From the NCBI RefSeq assembly GCF_018350175.1, contig NC_058369.1, forward strand, positions 1,366,001-1,426,000: a stretch of DNA of 60,000 nucleotides, in the 5' to 3' direction. Source of the stretch: Felis catus. Lineage: Eukaryota. Shown in pieces: positions 35,390-49,718 of the stretch. Both the position numbers and the translations under genes were made by a program. Numbering within the stretch: the first letter of the stretch is position 1; each line of letters opens with the position of its first letter. The notes below the pieces were generated by a model, which was not told the DNA's origin, did no database searches, and saw only the letters and a program-made list of their open reading frames with translations.

Positions 35390-38300
35390 GGAATATAGTG
35401 GGCGTACAGGAGCCACACACAGGTAAGGTACACGTTCTGACGGGCGTGGACATGTCCACGCATGTGCAAGGCAGCCTCGGGAGCGGGCATGTCCATCGCC
35501 TGTGCGGGCTCCCTCGTGTCCTCTGACCTGCGTCCCCCCACCGCTGTCCCCAGGCAGCCCTGAGCTGCGTTCTGCCTCTGCAGGTTACTTTGCGTGTTCT
35601 AGAATTTTACGTACGTGGACTCGGTCAGTAGTGCTGTGGTTTTCTCCCGGCTCCTTTCAGCACACGATTTTCGGGTGGTCGTGTTTCCTCTTTGTTTCTG
35701 AGGAGTTTCCCTCGGAGGATAGACTGCAGTTTGTTGACGACTGTTCGGGTCCTGTTGGACTCTGGCGATTATGAACAAAGCCATTGTGAACATCCACATG
35801 GGGGTCTCGTGTGGACATGTCTTTGGTTCTTTTGGGCAAATACCCGGGAGTGGGGTTACTGGGTCTTATGACAACTTTCTCGAAGAGGAACTGCCAAGGT
35901 GTTTTCCGAAGGGATCCGCCTGCTTTGCACCACACCACCAGTTCAGGAACCTCTGTGTAGCCCCCCCGTGCACCAGGATGTGGTGTTGCTGTGGGTTGGT
36001 CTTGCGGTTTCTGATTTGAGCTGTGTAGTGGTATTTTATTGTGTGTGTGTGTTTCAGTATTTGTTTGTTTGTTTGTTTGTTTAGAGAGAGCTCAAGCAGG
36101 GGAGGGGCAGAGACAGAGAGGGACAGAGAGAATCCCAAGCAGGCTCCACACTGTCAGCACAGAGCCTGACGCAGGGCTTGAACCCACGTACCGTGAGATC
36201 ATGACCTGAGCTGAAACCAAGAGTTGGATGCTTAACCAACTGAGCCACTCAGGTGCCCCTCATTGTGGTTTCAATTTGCATTTTCCTAATCACTAATAAT
36301 GTTCATCGTATTTTGCCTGTTTTTAAGAACTGATTTTTTTTCTCACTATTGAATTTTGAGTATTCTTTTTAAAAAACATATATTTTTTTAACATTTATTC
36401 ACCTTGAGATAGAGACAGTGTGAGGGGCGGGGGGCAGAGAGAGAGGGAGACAGAGAATCCGAAGTAGGCTCCAGGCTCTGAGCAGTCAGCACAGAGCCCG
36501 ACGCGGGGCTCGAACTCAGGACTGCGAGATCATGACCTGAGCTTAAGTTGGACACTTAACCGACTGAGCCACCCAGGCTCCCCAATAGCTTAATTTTCAA
36601 TAAAAGTTCGACTTGTTCACATTTTTCTTTCATAAGTTGTGTTTTTTGCCTCTTAAGAAATATTTGCCTAAATATTGCCTAAATATTTGCTCTTGAGCTC
36701 ACAAGGGCTTTCTTGTATGTTTTCTAGAAGTTTTACAGTTTAGGTTTTCCTTTTAAATCTTTTCATCCATCTTGAGGAAATTTTTACATGTGGTGCAGTG
36801 TATGAGTTGAAAGTTTATTGTTTTGCATGTGGATGTCCACTGGTTCCAGCACCATTGTTAATGACACTGTCCTTTCTCTATGAAATACCCTTGTCGCCTT
36901 TGCAAAAGTCAGTTGACAGTGTAGGAGTTGGTTTATTTATAGACTCGGTTCTGTTTCACTGACTCCCATGTGTGTCCTTTGGCCAAAGAAGACCTTGGTT
37001 ACCTAGCTGTATAGTAAGTGTTGGAAGTGGGTGGAATAATTTCTCTTTGTCTTCTTTTAAAACATTGTTTTGGTTATTCTACCTCCTTTGCATTTCCACG
37101 TACATTTTATCTTAAAGTTTATTTTCATTTATTTGAGAGAGTAAGTGGGAGATGGGTTATAGAGAGAGGGAGAGACAGAATCCCAAGCAGAATCAGCACG
37201 GAGCCCGACCTGGGGCTCGAACTCACGAACCGTGAGATCATGACCTGAGCCAAAGTCAAGAGTTGGACACGTAACCGACTGAGCCACCCAGGTGCCCCAC
37301 ATTTCCATATAAATTTTAGAATCAGCTTGTTGGTTTTTGCATAGTTTTGTTAGGAATTGCGTTGAACCGATAGGTCGTTTGGAAAGATTTGCTGTTGCAT
37401 TTTCCAGTATTGGGTCTTTCAATCCATGAACATGGTATATCTTTCTACTTACTTAGGTCTTTCCGTGTTTCTCTAACAGTCCTCTGTTATTTTAGTGTGG
37501 GGTCGTGGACACCTTTTGTTAGATTTGTTCTCAGGCAGTTAAGCTTTGGGCACCACTGTAAATGGGATTCTGTGTTAAATTTTATTTTCCACTTACCTGC
37601 TGCTCATAAGAAAGAACACAATTGATTTTCATACATTAACCGTGATCTTTTGCTAAATTTATTGATTCTGGTACTTGATTGGTAGATTTATTAAGAGTTG
37701 CTGTCAGAAGTAATCAGGTCATCTCTGAGCAGGGACAGTTTTACTTCTTCCTTTCAGTCTTCACGGTTTTATTTCTTTTCCTTGGTCTTGTTGAGGTGAC
37801 TAGGCCCTTCAGCCTTTCCTCACGGAGATGACGTAAGCTGTAGGTTTTTCACAGATGCCCTGTATGAATTTGAGGAAATTCCTTACTATTCCTGATGTTG
37901 TTTTTACTAGGTGCGCCCACAGCATTGTAGTTATGTTGAAAGAAACAGTCTGTCACTTTTAGGAGGAATGCTGACGTATTTGTGAGGGACACACTGGTAA
38001 CATTTGTGGCCTGCTTCTGAATAATGTGGAACGGGTGTGGAAAACGGTTGTGACAAAAAGCGTCCATTCCTGGCAAGAGCCTCAGTGCCGCGAGAGGCAC
38101 ACGGCCTCTAATTCTGCCTTACTGTGGAGTGACGTTAGGCTTGACCACCCGGTTGAGGTGGCGTCCACCAGGCTTCTCTGGGGTGTAGTTACCGTTTCCC
38201 CCTTTTTAATACATACCTCGGGTGAGGTCCTGGGGAACTATGCAGAGATCGCGGTTCCACTTGGACTTCCGCACCACAGGTGGACCTCACCTGCCGCCAC

Positions 38301-38600
38301 TGCTTACCGCTGTGTTCTAGGCCTCATCCTCTCCTCGGCTGCTGATCAGAACTCCGTTTTCATGTTTCATCCCATGAGCCGTGATGCACTCCTGCTGTTA
38401 CAACCTTGTTTCACATTGTTCCTGTGCTGGCCACGGAGGGCTGTCCGGTTCGTCCCGTGTCCCTTTGGCATGCCCCCTGCCTTCCTGAGCACATCCTTGT
38501 TTTCTAGAACCACAGATGCTCTGGAGTTACCTGAAATCTCCCATGTTCCAAACCTTCGAATCAGCAACATCTCTGAGGAGCTCTGGTTTTTTTCTCTTTT
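35390..38600 (-). mobile_element. Antisense old L1 fragments (3' UTR and ORF2) interrupted by Can-SINEs at ~36059-36259, ~36383-36583 and ~37118-37298 (all minus strand)
   Basis: gttccagcaccatt..; ttccatataaattttagaatcagcttgt..tccatgaacatggtatatctt..; gacagttttacttcttcctttc. Confidence 0.75.
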
Positions 38601-39678
38601 TTTTTTTAAATTATTTTTTTAATGTTTATTCATTTTTGAGAGACAGAGCATGAGCAGGGAAGGGGCAGAGAGGACACAGAATCCGAAGCAGGCTCCAGGC
38701 TCTGAGCCATCAGCACAGAGCCCAGTGAGGGGCTTGAACTCACGAACCGCGAGATCATGACCTGAGCCGAAGTCAGACGCTCAACCAGCTGAGCCCCCCA
38801 GGCGCCCCCGGTTTCTTTTATGAGAGAATAGTTTGTGCTGCTTTTTTTCTTTTTAATGTTTTTTAAAAAAAATTTTTTTAATGTTTATTTTTTGAGAGAG
38901 AGATAGAGTGTGAGCAGGGGAGGGGCAGAGAGAGAGGGAGACACAGAATCCGAAGCAGGCTCCAGGCTCTGAGCTGTCGGCACGGAGCCCGACGCGGGGC
39001 TCGAACCCACAGACTGTGAGATCATGACCTGAGCCAGTTGGACGCTTAACCGACTGAGCCACCCAGGTGCCTCTTCTTATGTTTATTTTTGAGAGAGAGA
39101 GAGAGACAGAGAGACAGACAGAGCTCGAGCAGGGGAGGGGCAGAGAGAGGGAGACACAGAATTTGAAGAAGGCTCCAGCCAGGCTCTGAGCTGTCGGGAG
39201 GCCGATGCCAGGCCTGAAACCCCAAACCATGAGATCATGACCAGAGCCAGAGTTGGATGCCTAACTGACTGAGCCACCCAGACGCCCCAGTGCTGTGTTT
39301 TGAGATTGAGTTGTTTGCGTTGTCCTTGCTGAGTTGTGAGAATTCTTGACATATTCTGGCTGTGAATGCCTCGTGAGATACTTCATTACACATAGCGTAG
39401 CTGCTTGTGGTTTTAATGGCATCTTGACTAGTGGAAGTTTTCAGTGTATCAAATTTTTTTTTAGGCTTATTTATTTATTTTGAGAGAGAGAGAAAGGGAG
39501 AGAGTGCACGCAAGCAGGGTAGGAGCAGGGAGAGAGAGGGAGGGAGAGAGAATCCCAAGCAGGCTCCATGCTGTTAGCACAGAGCCTGACGCGGGGCTTG
39601 AACCCGTGATCCGTGAGATCATGACCTGAGCTGACGTCAAGAGTTGGACGCTTAACTGACTGAGCCCCCTAGGCGCCC
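38597..39678 (-). mobile_element. Cluster of four antisense Can-SINEs (~38597-38808, 38850-39071, 39077-39288, 39467-39678)
   Basis: Four successive reverse-complement SINE copies. Confidence 0.92.
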
Positions 39679-39911
39679 TGTGTGTCAATTTTACAACCAG
39701 GTCGTCTGCTTCTCCAGAAGTTGCTGGGCTTGCACTGGGCACTACTCTGGAGTTGGCGGTTCAGTTTTGGGGGAAGGGCCACTTTAACAATGTGAAGTCT
39801 TCTGTGAGCAGAGTTCCCCTTTTTTCGTCTTTATGTTTGCTCAGCAGTGTCTTACAGTTTTCAGTGTAGAGGTCTTACAAATCTTTCATTAAAGTTATTC
39901 CGGGGGGGGGG

Positions 39912-40158
39912 TGGGGTGCGTCTGGGTGGCTCAGTCGGTTAAGCGGCTGACTCTTGATTTCAGCTCAGGTCATGATCTCAGGGTTGTGAGTTCGAGCCCC
40001 ACATCGGGCTCTGTGCTGGCAGGTTGGAGCCTCCGTGGGATTCTCTGTCTCCCTGTCTCTCTACCCCTCCTGAGCACACACTCTCCCTCTCTGCCCCTCC
40101 CCTGCTCATGAGTTCACTCTCTTTCTCTCTCAAAATAAATAAGTAAACATTAAAAAAC
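39912..40158 (+). mobile_element. Can-SINE
   Basis: gggtgcgtctgggtggctcagtcggttaag head, A tail. Confidence 0.92.
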
Positions 40159-40699
40159 AATTATCCCTAGGTATTTAGCTTTTACTGCTATTTTAAATGG
40201 CATTAAAAAAATTCATTTCAAAATTCTTTGTTGCTGACGTATGCAAATAGACTTCATTTTTGCCCATTGACCCCATGTGTTCTGACCTTGCCCAATCCAC
40301 CTGAGTTCTAGAAGTTCCTATGTAAATTCCTTAGGTTAGTCTGTGTGTTAAATTGTGTGCCTGTGAATAGGGATGTTTTGTTGTTGCGTTTCTAGTCTTT
40401 GTGCTGTTTTTTTTCCTGCCCTGTGGTGCTGGCCGGAGCCTGTACTGAGAACTGGAGGGAAGTGTCTTTCACCTGTCCCTGCCCTTCTGGGGTCCTCAGT
40501 GTCGCAGCGCTCGTCTGGCGGCCGCTGCAGGGTGCACACCTTCCTGTACCCTCGGGTCTCCTGACATCAACCATGTGTGCTGCCGAACGGACTGCGCCAC
40601 GGAGAGGTTGCTCCCTGGGTCTGAGAGAGCACGGGGTAGTTGATGCTTGGAGGCGGGTGTGCCCCGCTGGCCCCGGGGACCGTGAGCCTGAGGGGGTCT

Positions 40700-40858
40700 T
40701 GTGGGGAGGGACAGAGCGGGGAGAGAGAGGGAGAGAGAGAATGGATCCCTCCCAAGCGGGCTCCGTGCTGACCGTGGAGCCCGATTCGGGGCTGGAGCCC
40801 ACGACCCTGGGATGGTGACCTGAGCTGAGATCAGGAGTCAGGTGCTCAGCTGACTGAC
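40700..40858 (-). mobile_element. Degenerate Can-SINE
   Basis: ccaagcgggctccgtgctg..gacctgagctgagatcaggagtc. Confidence 0.75.
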
Positions 40859-41291
40859 ACGGCTTGCTAACTTGCCGGCTAATATTTGTAGAGGATTTTT
40901 GTGTCTGCGTTCATTGGCCCGTCGATTTCCTTTTCCTACCCGGAGTTTGCTTTACGAGGCTTTGTCTTCCTCTGGTTTGGGCACCGGGGTAAGGCCAGTC
41001 TCGTTGGTGTCACTCGTTCTTACACGTGTCAGGTCTTGGTTATTTGTGTGTTTCAAGGAATTTGTTCATTCCATCTAAGTTTGAAATCATCACGTCCGTG
41101 TTTTATAAGGTCTACAGCAGTGACTTCTCCCTTGGCTTTCTGCCCGCGTTGCATCATGATTCAACAAGGGTCATATCTTAGGGTTCGTTGGTGTATTTTT
41201 GTGCCCCTTTTAATCTGTAGGCTCCCCCTGTTTGTTGAAGAAACCCCCTTGTCTTGCGATCAGTTAACTCGTGAGATAATAGTTGCCTTTA

Positions 41292-41481
41292 GGGGCCTCT
41301 GGGTGGCTCGGTCTGACTCTGGATGTCCGCTCAGATCGTGATCTCATGGTTCATGAGGTCGAGCCCTGCTCTGTCGGCGTGGGGCCTGCTTGGGATTCTC
41401 TCTGTCCCTCTCTCTCTCTCTCTGTTCCTGCCCCTACCCCGCTCATTCTCTCTCAAAATAAACAAACAAACTTAAGAGAAA
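41292..41481 (+). mobile_element. Can-SINE with 14-bp TSD aatagttgccttta
   Basis: TSD at 41278-41291 and 41482-41495. Confidence 0.9.
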
Positions 41482-41793
41482 AATAGTTGCCTTTAACCCT
41501 CAGTCCACCCGCTGCTTTTCAGGCTCTGACCTGAGCAGGCACGCTTCCAGGCTCCGTTGCGAGCGACCCCAGCTACCCCCCCCCCCCCCCCCGTAGGCGA
41601 CACCGACTGAAGCCACAGAAGCGTGTGTGTCACAACTTCGTCCTAAACTTTACGCGATTTGTTCTGAAGTGATGCCTCCCTTTCCTCTTGTGCGTTTTGA
41701 GTCCGGTAATGAGGATTTGTTGTTGTTTTTGTCCTCAGTATTCGGGAGCAAACCGTGTTTAAGACCGTTGAGAGTGAAAATAGACGATCATAA

Positions 41794-41904
<111 letters not shown>

Positions 41905-43657
41905 TGAGCCGAGCTCTGCCGAGTGGTCTCTGGTCTGAGACTCCCTGTCAGGGTTGGCTGGCGCCTCCGTGAGGTTTTGTTGGGGGAAACGTGGATCAGA
42001 CACCGGAGGGCGCGATTGGGAGGGGCGCGTTGCGGGCGCTGCCCCTGACGTGTGCGGGGCCAGCCCCGGCTGGCGGGCGCTGCCTTCTCTGCGGCCACCG
42101 CCAGCGGCACCTCGGCACGGGCCTCCCCTGTCTCGGCTCCAGGCAGGGTCTCTGGGGTTCACCCTCCGGCAGCTTCTGGCAGTTTCCCCGCGGGCACATC
42201 CGGATGGGGAGAGTCCTGTGGGTGGGGAAGGGCGGGGCAGGCTCTGGAATGCCTGCCTGGAGTTGTTTGTTTCTCTTCTTCCCCACTCCTGCCGGTTTAG
42301 CTCTGGGCAGGCTTGAAAGCCGCCTGCAGTCTGTCCGGAGGACTGGGTCACCTGCGGGCATGATAGCTGGGCCCAGAGGAGCCCCGAAGCCCCTCGCGGG
42401 GCCCGGCACCCCACTGTCGTTGACCTGGCCTCGCTCTTCCAGCCTGAGCCAGCCCTGGCCCCGTACCCCGTTCCCTGATCAGCTCAGCACTTGAGAAGCA
42501 AGGAAGGGGCTGTGCTCACACTCCGTCGTCCCGAGCGCTCAGGCCCTGGGCTCTGGTGGCCTATGCCTCTGGCAGCAGGGGCCCGGCCGAGGACTGGGGT
42601 ACGCCCCTCCCGATCCCAGGGTGAGGGTGCGGACGGGCGCTGACCCTTGGACAGTAGGCATTTGGCCAGCGAAGCACACCGTCAGAAAAGGGTTGATTGC
42701 TCTGTGCCCGGCCAGTGTTTTTAAGGATGGTTTTCCTTCAAGGTGGTTTTCCCTTCCGTGTCCAGGTGGCTTAGGAGAGATTGCAAGTGGACACTGGGGG
42801 GCCGGTCTGGGGCGCGGCCGAGGATGAGGAGCAGGTGGTCGGTGAAGACGCAGGGAGGCCTGGGGCAGGAAGCTCGGGGTGCACACAGTGCGGCCATCGC
42901 TTCCCGTGCCCTGGGTGTGGAGGCTCCTCTCCCAGGCTCCTGGTGTCCTGCTCAGGGTGGGAAGCCTGCTTGCTCTGTGTGCATTTGTGGGTGTTGTAGG
43001 AAGAACCGGTGACTCCCCCTCCAGTTTGGGGCAGACACTTGGAGCACGTCCCCTCCGCACCGCTGACACCAAGCGGGTCTCGTCCTCTGTGGGGCGTCCC
43101 GGGTCCTGTCACAGGCTGAGCAGCGTCCCTGGCCCCACCCTGTCGATGCCGGAAGCGCCCCGGAGCATCCGCAGATGTCACGCAGTGTCCCCTGGAGGCA
43201 GAGTCAGCCCTGGGTGGGGGGTGGGGGCGGCTCCTGGGTTAGAGGATTTCACTGAAAGTCATACTTGAAGTAAAAATGGTGGGCTTTGGGAGAGTCTGGT
43301 CTCACCGACAGACTTCCAGCCCGGTTGTCTTTAGGTATCTAACACGTGCTACCTATGTCTTGGAAAGTGCTGGAAGCTTTCTGCAGAGGCCGGTGTTGGG
43401 CGGTGCCCAGGAGAGTCAGGGGGCCCTTGCTGCCGCCGGGTGGTCCCCAAACCCATCAAGTTAGGGCCGAGGCAGGGGCTGTTTCCGGCCAGGGAAGGAA
43501 GACCATGTGGGGCTGGTGCACAGCCCTGCGGGGCAGTGGGTCCTGCTGGCAGGTCAGGTGGGACTGCTGTCCAGCCCCGGGGGCAGCGACAGCCGGCCCG
43601 GGTCCTGCCCACAGCGCGACGTGAAGTCTGTGCAGGGCTCCTCACCTCCTCACCTAG

Positions 43658-44320
<663 letters not shown>

Positions 44321-45343
44321 TGAGGAGCTTCCCGGGGCTTCTCCTGCCCCTCGGCCAGCAGCGTTGTGAGCATCTCCCCGCCCTCCTGGGACATTCTGAC
44401 TGGGGAGAGGCCTGAGGCTCTGTCCTCGCTTTCCTGACCCACCGTGCTGGGGCCTTAGGAGGCCTCGCCTGGCAAAGAACAGAGACAGCCGGGCCGGGCC
44501 AGGCTGCGGAAGCAGTTCCAAAGAGCGCGTCACTCCTGTTTCCAAGGACGTTCTGCTGTCCAGACGGTGTGGGCTCTTGGTCTGGGTGGGGGCTCTCCGG
44601 CAGGAGCCTTGCTGTGGGGGAGGCTGTGGTGGGGTGACAGGCCCTGTGGCACCGGGGCTTGGGACAGGGCAGTCATCCCCGTTAGTAGCAGTGATGGGGG
44701 AGGGGGATGCTGAGTCCGTCGAGTATGGTCAGGCCTCCGGCCTCCTGTGCAAAGGGACTGGGGCTCATAGAGGTTTTTCTGGGGTCAGCTGTGTGGCACC
44801 CCCACCCCACTGCCTCAGTTTTGTCCTGGGCAGGAGGCGGGGCCTGAGGTTTGGGCCGGGCCGTGCGGTCTCCAGTCCCCCGCACGGTGGTGGCCTGGCT
44901 CCAGGCCGCCCCGTGTCTCTAGGTGGGAAGGTCCTCGGGGATGCTCTGTGCCCCAGTCCTGGCTGCAGGTGGCTGAAGGGCAGCTGCTGTGCGTCGGAAG
45001 GGGGTGGGCTGTGAGGGGTCAGAGGACCCGCTGCCCCTTCGGGCCCGGCTCCTGTCCCTGAGGCAGAGGTCCCGGCCATGGGGCCCTAAGAAGGGCCCAC
45101 AAGGCGCTAGCCCTTTTTGTGGCTCCCGGCCCACTTCTCTGCCCAGCCAGGCTCCCGGGTAAGGGCAGAGAGCTCTGAGGCCAGGGCTGCGGGGCCCGCA
45201 CAGCTAGCGGCCTCTGTCGCCTCCTGAGGGGTGTGGCGCCCAGGACGGCACATACGCGTGAGCCTTTAGCCGGCTCGGGCACGGGCGGAGTCCGCGGTGC
45301 TGGGAGGACGGTCACTTGTGACGTGCTCCCTTTGACGCCCTAG

Positions 45344-45904
<561 letters not shown>

Positions 45905-46111
45905 TAGGTCTCAGGAGAACAGCGTCCTGACGCGGGGGCCGTGCGGTGGCGCGTGTGTATGAGGCAGTGTGAGCGAGACGGCCATCCCGTCCGCGGGTGG
46001 GGGCTCAGCTCAGGGTCTGTGTCCCTAGAATGTCCTCAGTGACCTGGGAGAGCCTGTGGCCTCTGCCTGTTGACCCCCATGGGCAGCACCAGGGGTAGGT
46101 CGCGCCTCTGA

Positions 46112-46936
<825 letters not shown>

Positions 46937-47779
46937 TGACCCGCCGTTCTTCTCCCCTCCCGGGACGGGACGCCCTCCCTGCCTGTCCCGGCCCTGCGTG
47001 GGGCGCGCGTGTCGTCACCGGAGTGCCGCCTCCCTCTCCGGTCTCTTCCACCCCCTCTCTGGGCTGCCCGGGGGCTGCGGCCCCTGCGCCGGCCGGCCGA
47101 GAACGGGGGCGGCCCTCCTCTCCCCCGGCCGCTGAACGGAGTTCGTCGTGCGTGTGTCTCCAGGCCCCTGCGGGCTCTCGGGGAGCCCTCCTTGGTGTTC
47201 CGCACGTGTCTGTGCCAGCAGCCGTGCGAGGCTGGGCCGTGGGGTGTGGGTGGGACGGCCTCTTCCCTCGCCCGCTGGCCCACTCCAGGGCACCTTCTCC
47301 TTGCCTTCGTGGGGGTACGTGACCCCGCCCGTGAGTCCCTCCTGGCGAGGCTCGGCTTTGGGGCCGCACGCGCCCCCGGCTCTCCCGGCTGCCGCCCCTC
47401 GGCCTCCGTTGCTCGGCCCCGCCTGTCGATGCCCAGGCTCCTTGGCCAGGGTTCGAGGCCCCTGGCCTCCGTCTGCCTCCGCCCGGGCACCTGCATCACA
47501 CCTCGAAATGTGTGTCTGGGCCCGTGACCCCGTCCCTCACTCTCTCTCGTGCCGTGGACACACCGCTGCTCTGTAGTCTCCCCGCACCGGGCTGCCGCGG
47601 GGACGGCACAGACGGAGTGTGTCTAAGCCGCGTCTTTGACTCTTCCTCTCGTCCCAGGTCATCGCCTGCACGTACCCAGAGGTTGAGGCCCCGGTCGCTG
47701 AGGTCCACTCGGCTCTGCGGCGGGGGCCCCGTTGCCCCTCCGTTCCTTGTTCGCTTCTTTCCCTCTCCGTAGTCACCGG

Positions 47780-49500
47780 CCCCAAGCGGGCCGTCGTGGG
47801 GCGTGGGCTTTGAGCTGCTTGTGTTAGGGAATGAGGAGTGGTCACGAGATGACAGGCTGGGGCGTGGGGGGGGCTGGAGGCAGGGAGGCTCCCTCTCCCT
47901 TAGCACCGCCTGACAGTTGCTGCTTCCACGCTCGTACCTCTGCTGCAGCGTGGGAAGGGCACTCCCCAAACCAAGGTCACCCACCCCCGCTCCTCGGTAT
48001 CTTCTGCGCGTTCTGGGGAGTTCCGTGTTCTGTGCTTGACGTGTAGAGCTGTGAGGTGTGAGGTCGGCTCCCGGATCCTTTCCGGGCACGCGGGCCCCGT
48101 CCTTGCGGTCTGCCCTCGCCCCGGTGCTCTGCCCGTGAGGCGTGTCGCACGCCAATTGAGTGTTTCTGGCCGTCTGTCCCGTCCCGCTGTCCGTCTCCCT
48201 CACCAGCCCGTGCCTTCCGCGTTCCCGGGGCTCTGGAGTGCGTCTGCGCTCCCGCAGCGCCCGGCCGTCCTCTGACATGATGCTTGTCTTTGCCTTGTCC
48301 GGATAAACCCGAGAGTCCGTCCGGGGGCGCCCGTCACAGAGCACGCTGGCTCGGGGCCGGGGGGAACGTGTGCATCTGCCCGTTGGGTCGGGAGGAACCA
48401 ACATCTTGCCGGTATTTCCTGCCCTCACACGGGGACTCTCCGTCCGTCTGTTGACTTCTTTGTTGAGGTCGTTCACCAGGGTCTTGTACTGAGCCTCGTG
48501 TAGGCGTCCTACACGTTCCGTTAAGGTTATGCCTCAGTCTGTCTGTCTCGGTGCTTACGTGAAGGTCTTTTTAGCCTCCGGTTCCACTTGTTTGTTGCCC
48601 GTTGATAGGAAGGCGGCTGACCTTTGCGTGTGGTTTGTTCGCGGGCAGCAATACCCTTACCCCGTGACTGTTGCCGTAACGGCTGGTTAGTTCCAGGTTT
48701 GTTTGTTGGTTTGTTCTCTGGATTCTCTTGGTCCTGTCGTCCGTGAACACAGGCGGTTTTACGCCTTCCTTCTCGATCTGCGTCCCGTATGTCTGTCTTG
48801 CTGTGCACGCCAGCATGGCGGCAGACGTGTGCAGGACGCTGTCACGAGGAGAGAGGAGAGAGCGGCCCCCTTGCCCTGGTCCTGATGGCATCGGGAAAGC
48901 TTTGGGTTCCTCGCCGTGGAGACGACGTGCGTTCGCGGGTGTCCCGGGGGTGCCCTTTATCAAGCTGACGTGGTTCTCGTCTGCCTTATTTTGTCGAGAG
49001 GCTTCATCACGGAGGCCCTCTGTGCGTCTGGCGTGAGCCTGTGCTCTTTCTTTGGCCCGTTGATGTGGCGAGCGGAGCCAGCCCTCCCGCCAGGGTGGAT
49101 CCCACTCGGTCGTGGCGTGCGGTCGTTTCCGCACGCTGTGCCGGATTTCCGGGGCGCTCCCGTGTCCTTGAGAGATACCGGCCCATCTTCCTTCCTGTGG
49201 AACACCTTTGGTTCTGGTGTCAGGGTGAGGCCGGCCTCGTAGTGGGGAGGTGCCCTTCTGCTCCTTTTGGGCCAGGACTTGCCCATCCCGTCTCCTGGTG
49301 GGATCTCTTCCGGAGTTTTCTCCCCTCCGTGAAAGGCGAGCAGTCCAGCCTTCCTCCTGTGCCCCTGTGTCTGAGGTCCCCTGGTGTTTGCTATCCGGGC
49401 TGAGTGCGCAGTGGATCCAGTGGGTTTGTTTCCAGGGAACTTCTTCCCGCACGGTCCCCGTATCTGCTGTTAACGCTGGCTGTATTCCCAAATGGTTTAT
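47780..49500 (-). mobile_element. Antisense L1 ORF2 fossil (RT and downstream region), heavily GC-shifted
   Basis: Minus ORFs read HGEEPKAFPMPSGPGQGGRSLLSP..YGTQIEKEGVKPPVFTDD and KEVNRRTESPRVRAG..KMLVPP, against L1 ORF2 NGEKLKAFPLRSGTRQGCPLSP..KGIQIGKEEVKLSLFADD and EDLNKWKDIPCSWIG..KMSILP. Confidence 0.85.
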
Positions 49501-49539
49501 CGTTTTCCTAAAGCTGTGACTTCCTAAATTGCTTTATTT

Positions 49540-49718
49540 CATTTTTGTTTCTTAAAATTTTAGCTTAGAACGCGAACAGGGGAGAGGGACAGAGGGAGAG
49601 AGCATCTTAAGGAGGCTCCGCGCTCAGCCTGACACGGGGCTCCGTCCCACGACCCTGGGATCGTGACCTGAGCCAAAACCAAGAGTCGGACGCTCATTGA
49701 CCGAGCTACCAGGTGCCC
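49540..49718 (-). mobile_element. Can-SINE
   Basis: Reverse-complement consensus. Confidence 0.85.

Noticed and set aside
38597..39678. Regularly spaced repeats resembling an array
   Set aside because: Independent SINE insertions with different tails and divergence; not a CRISPR array or satellite
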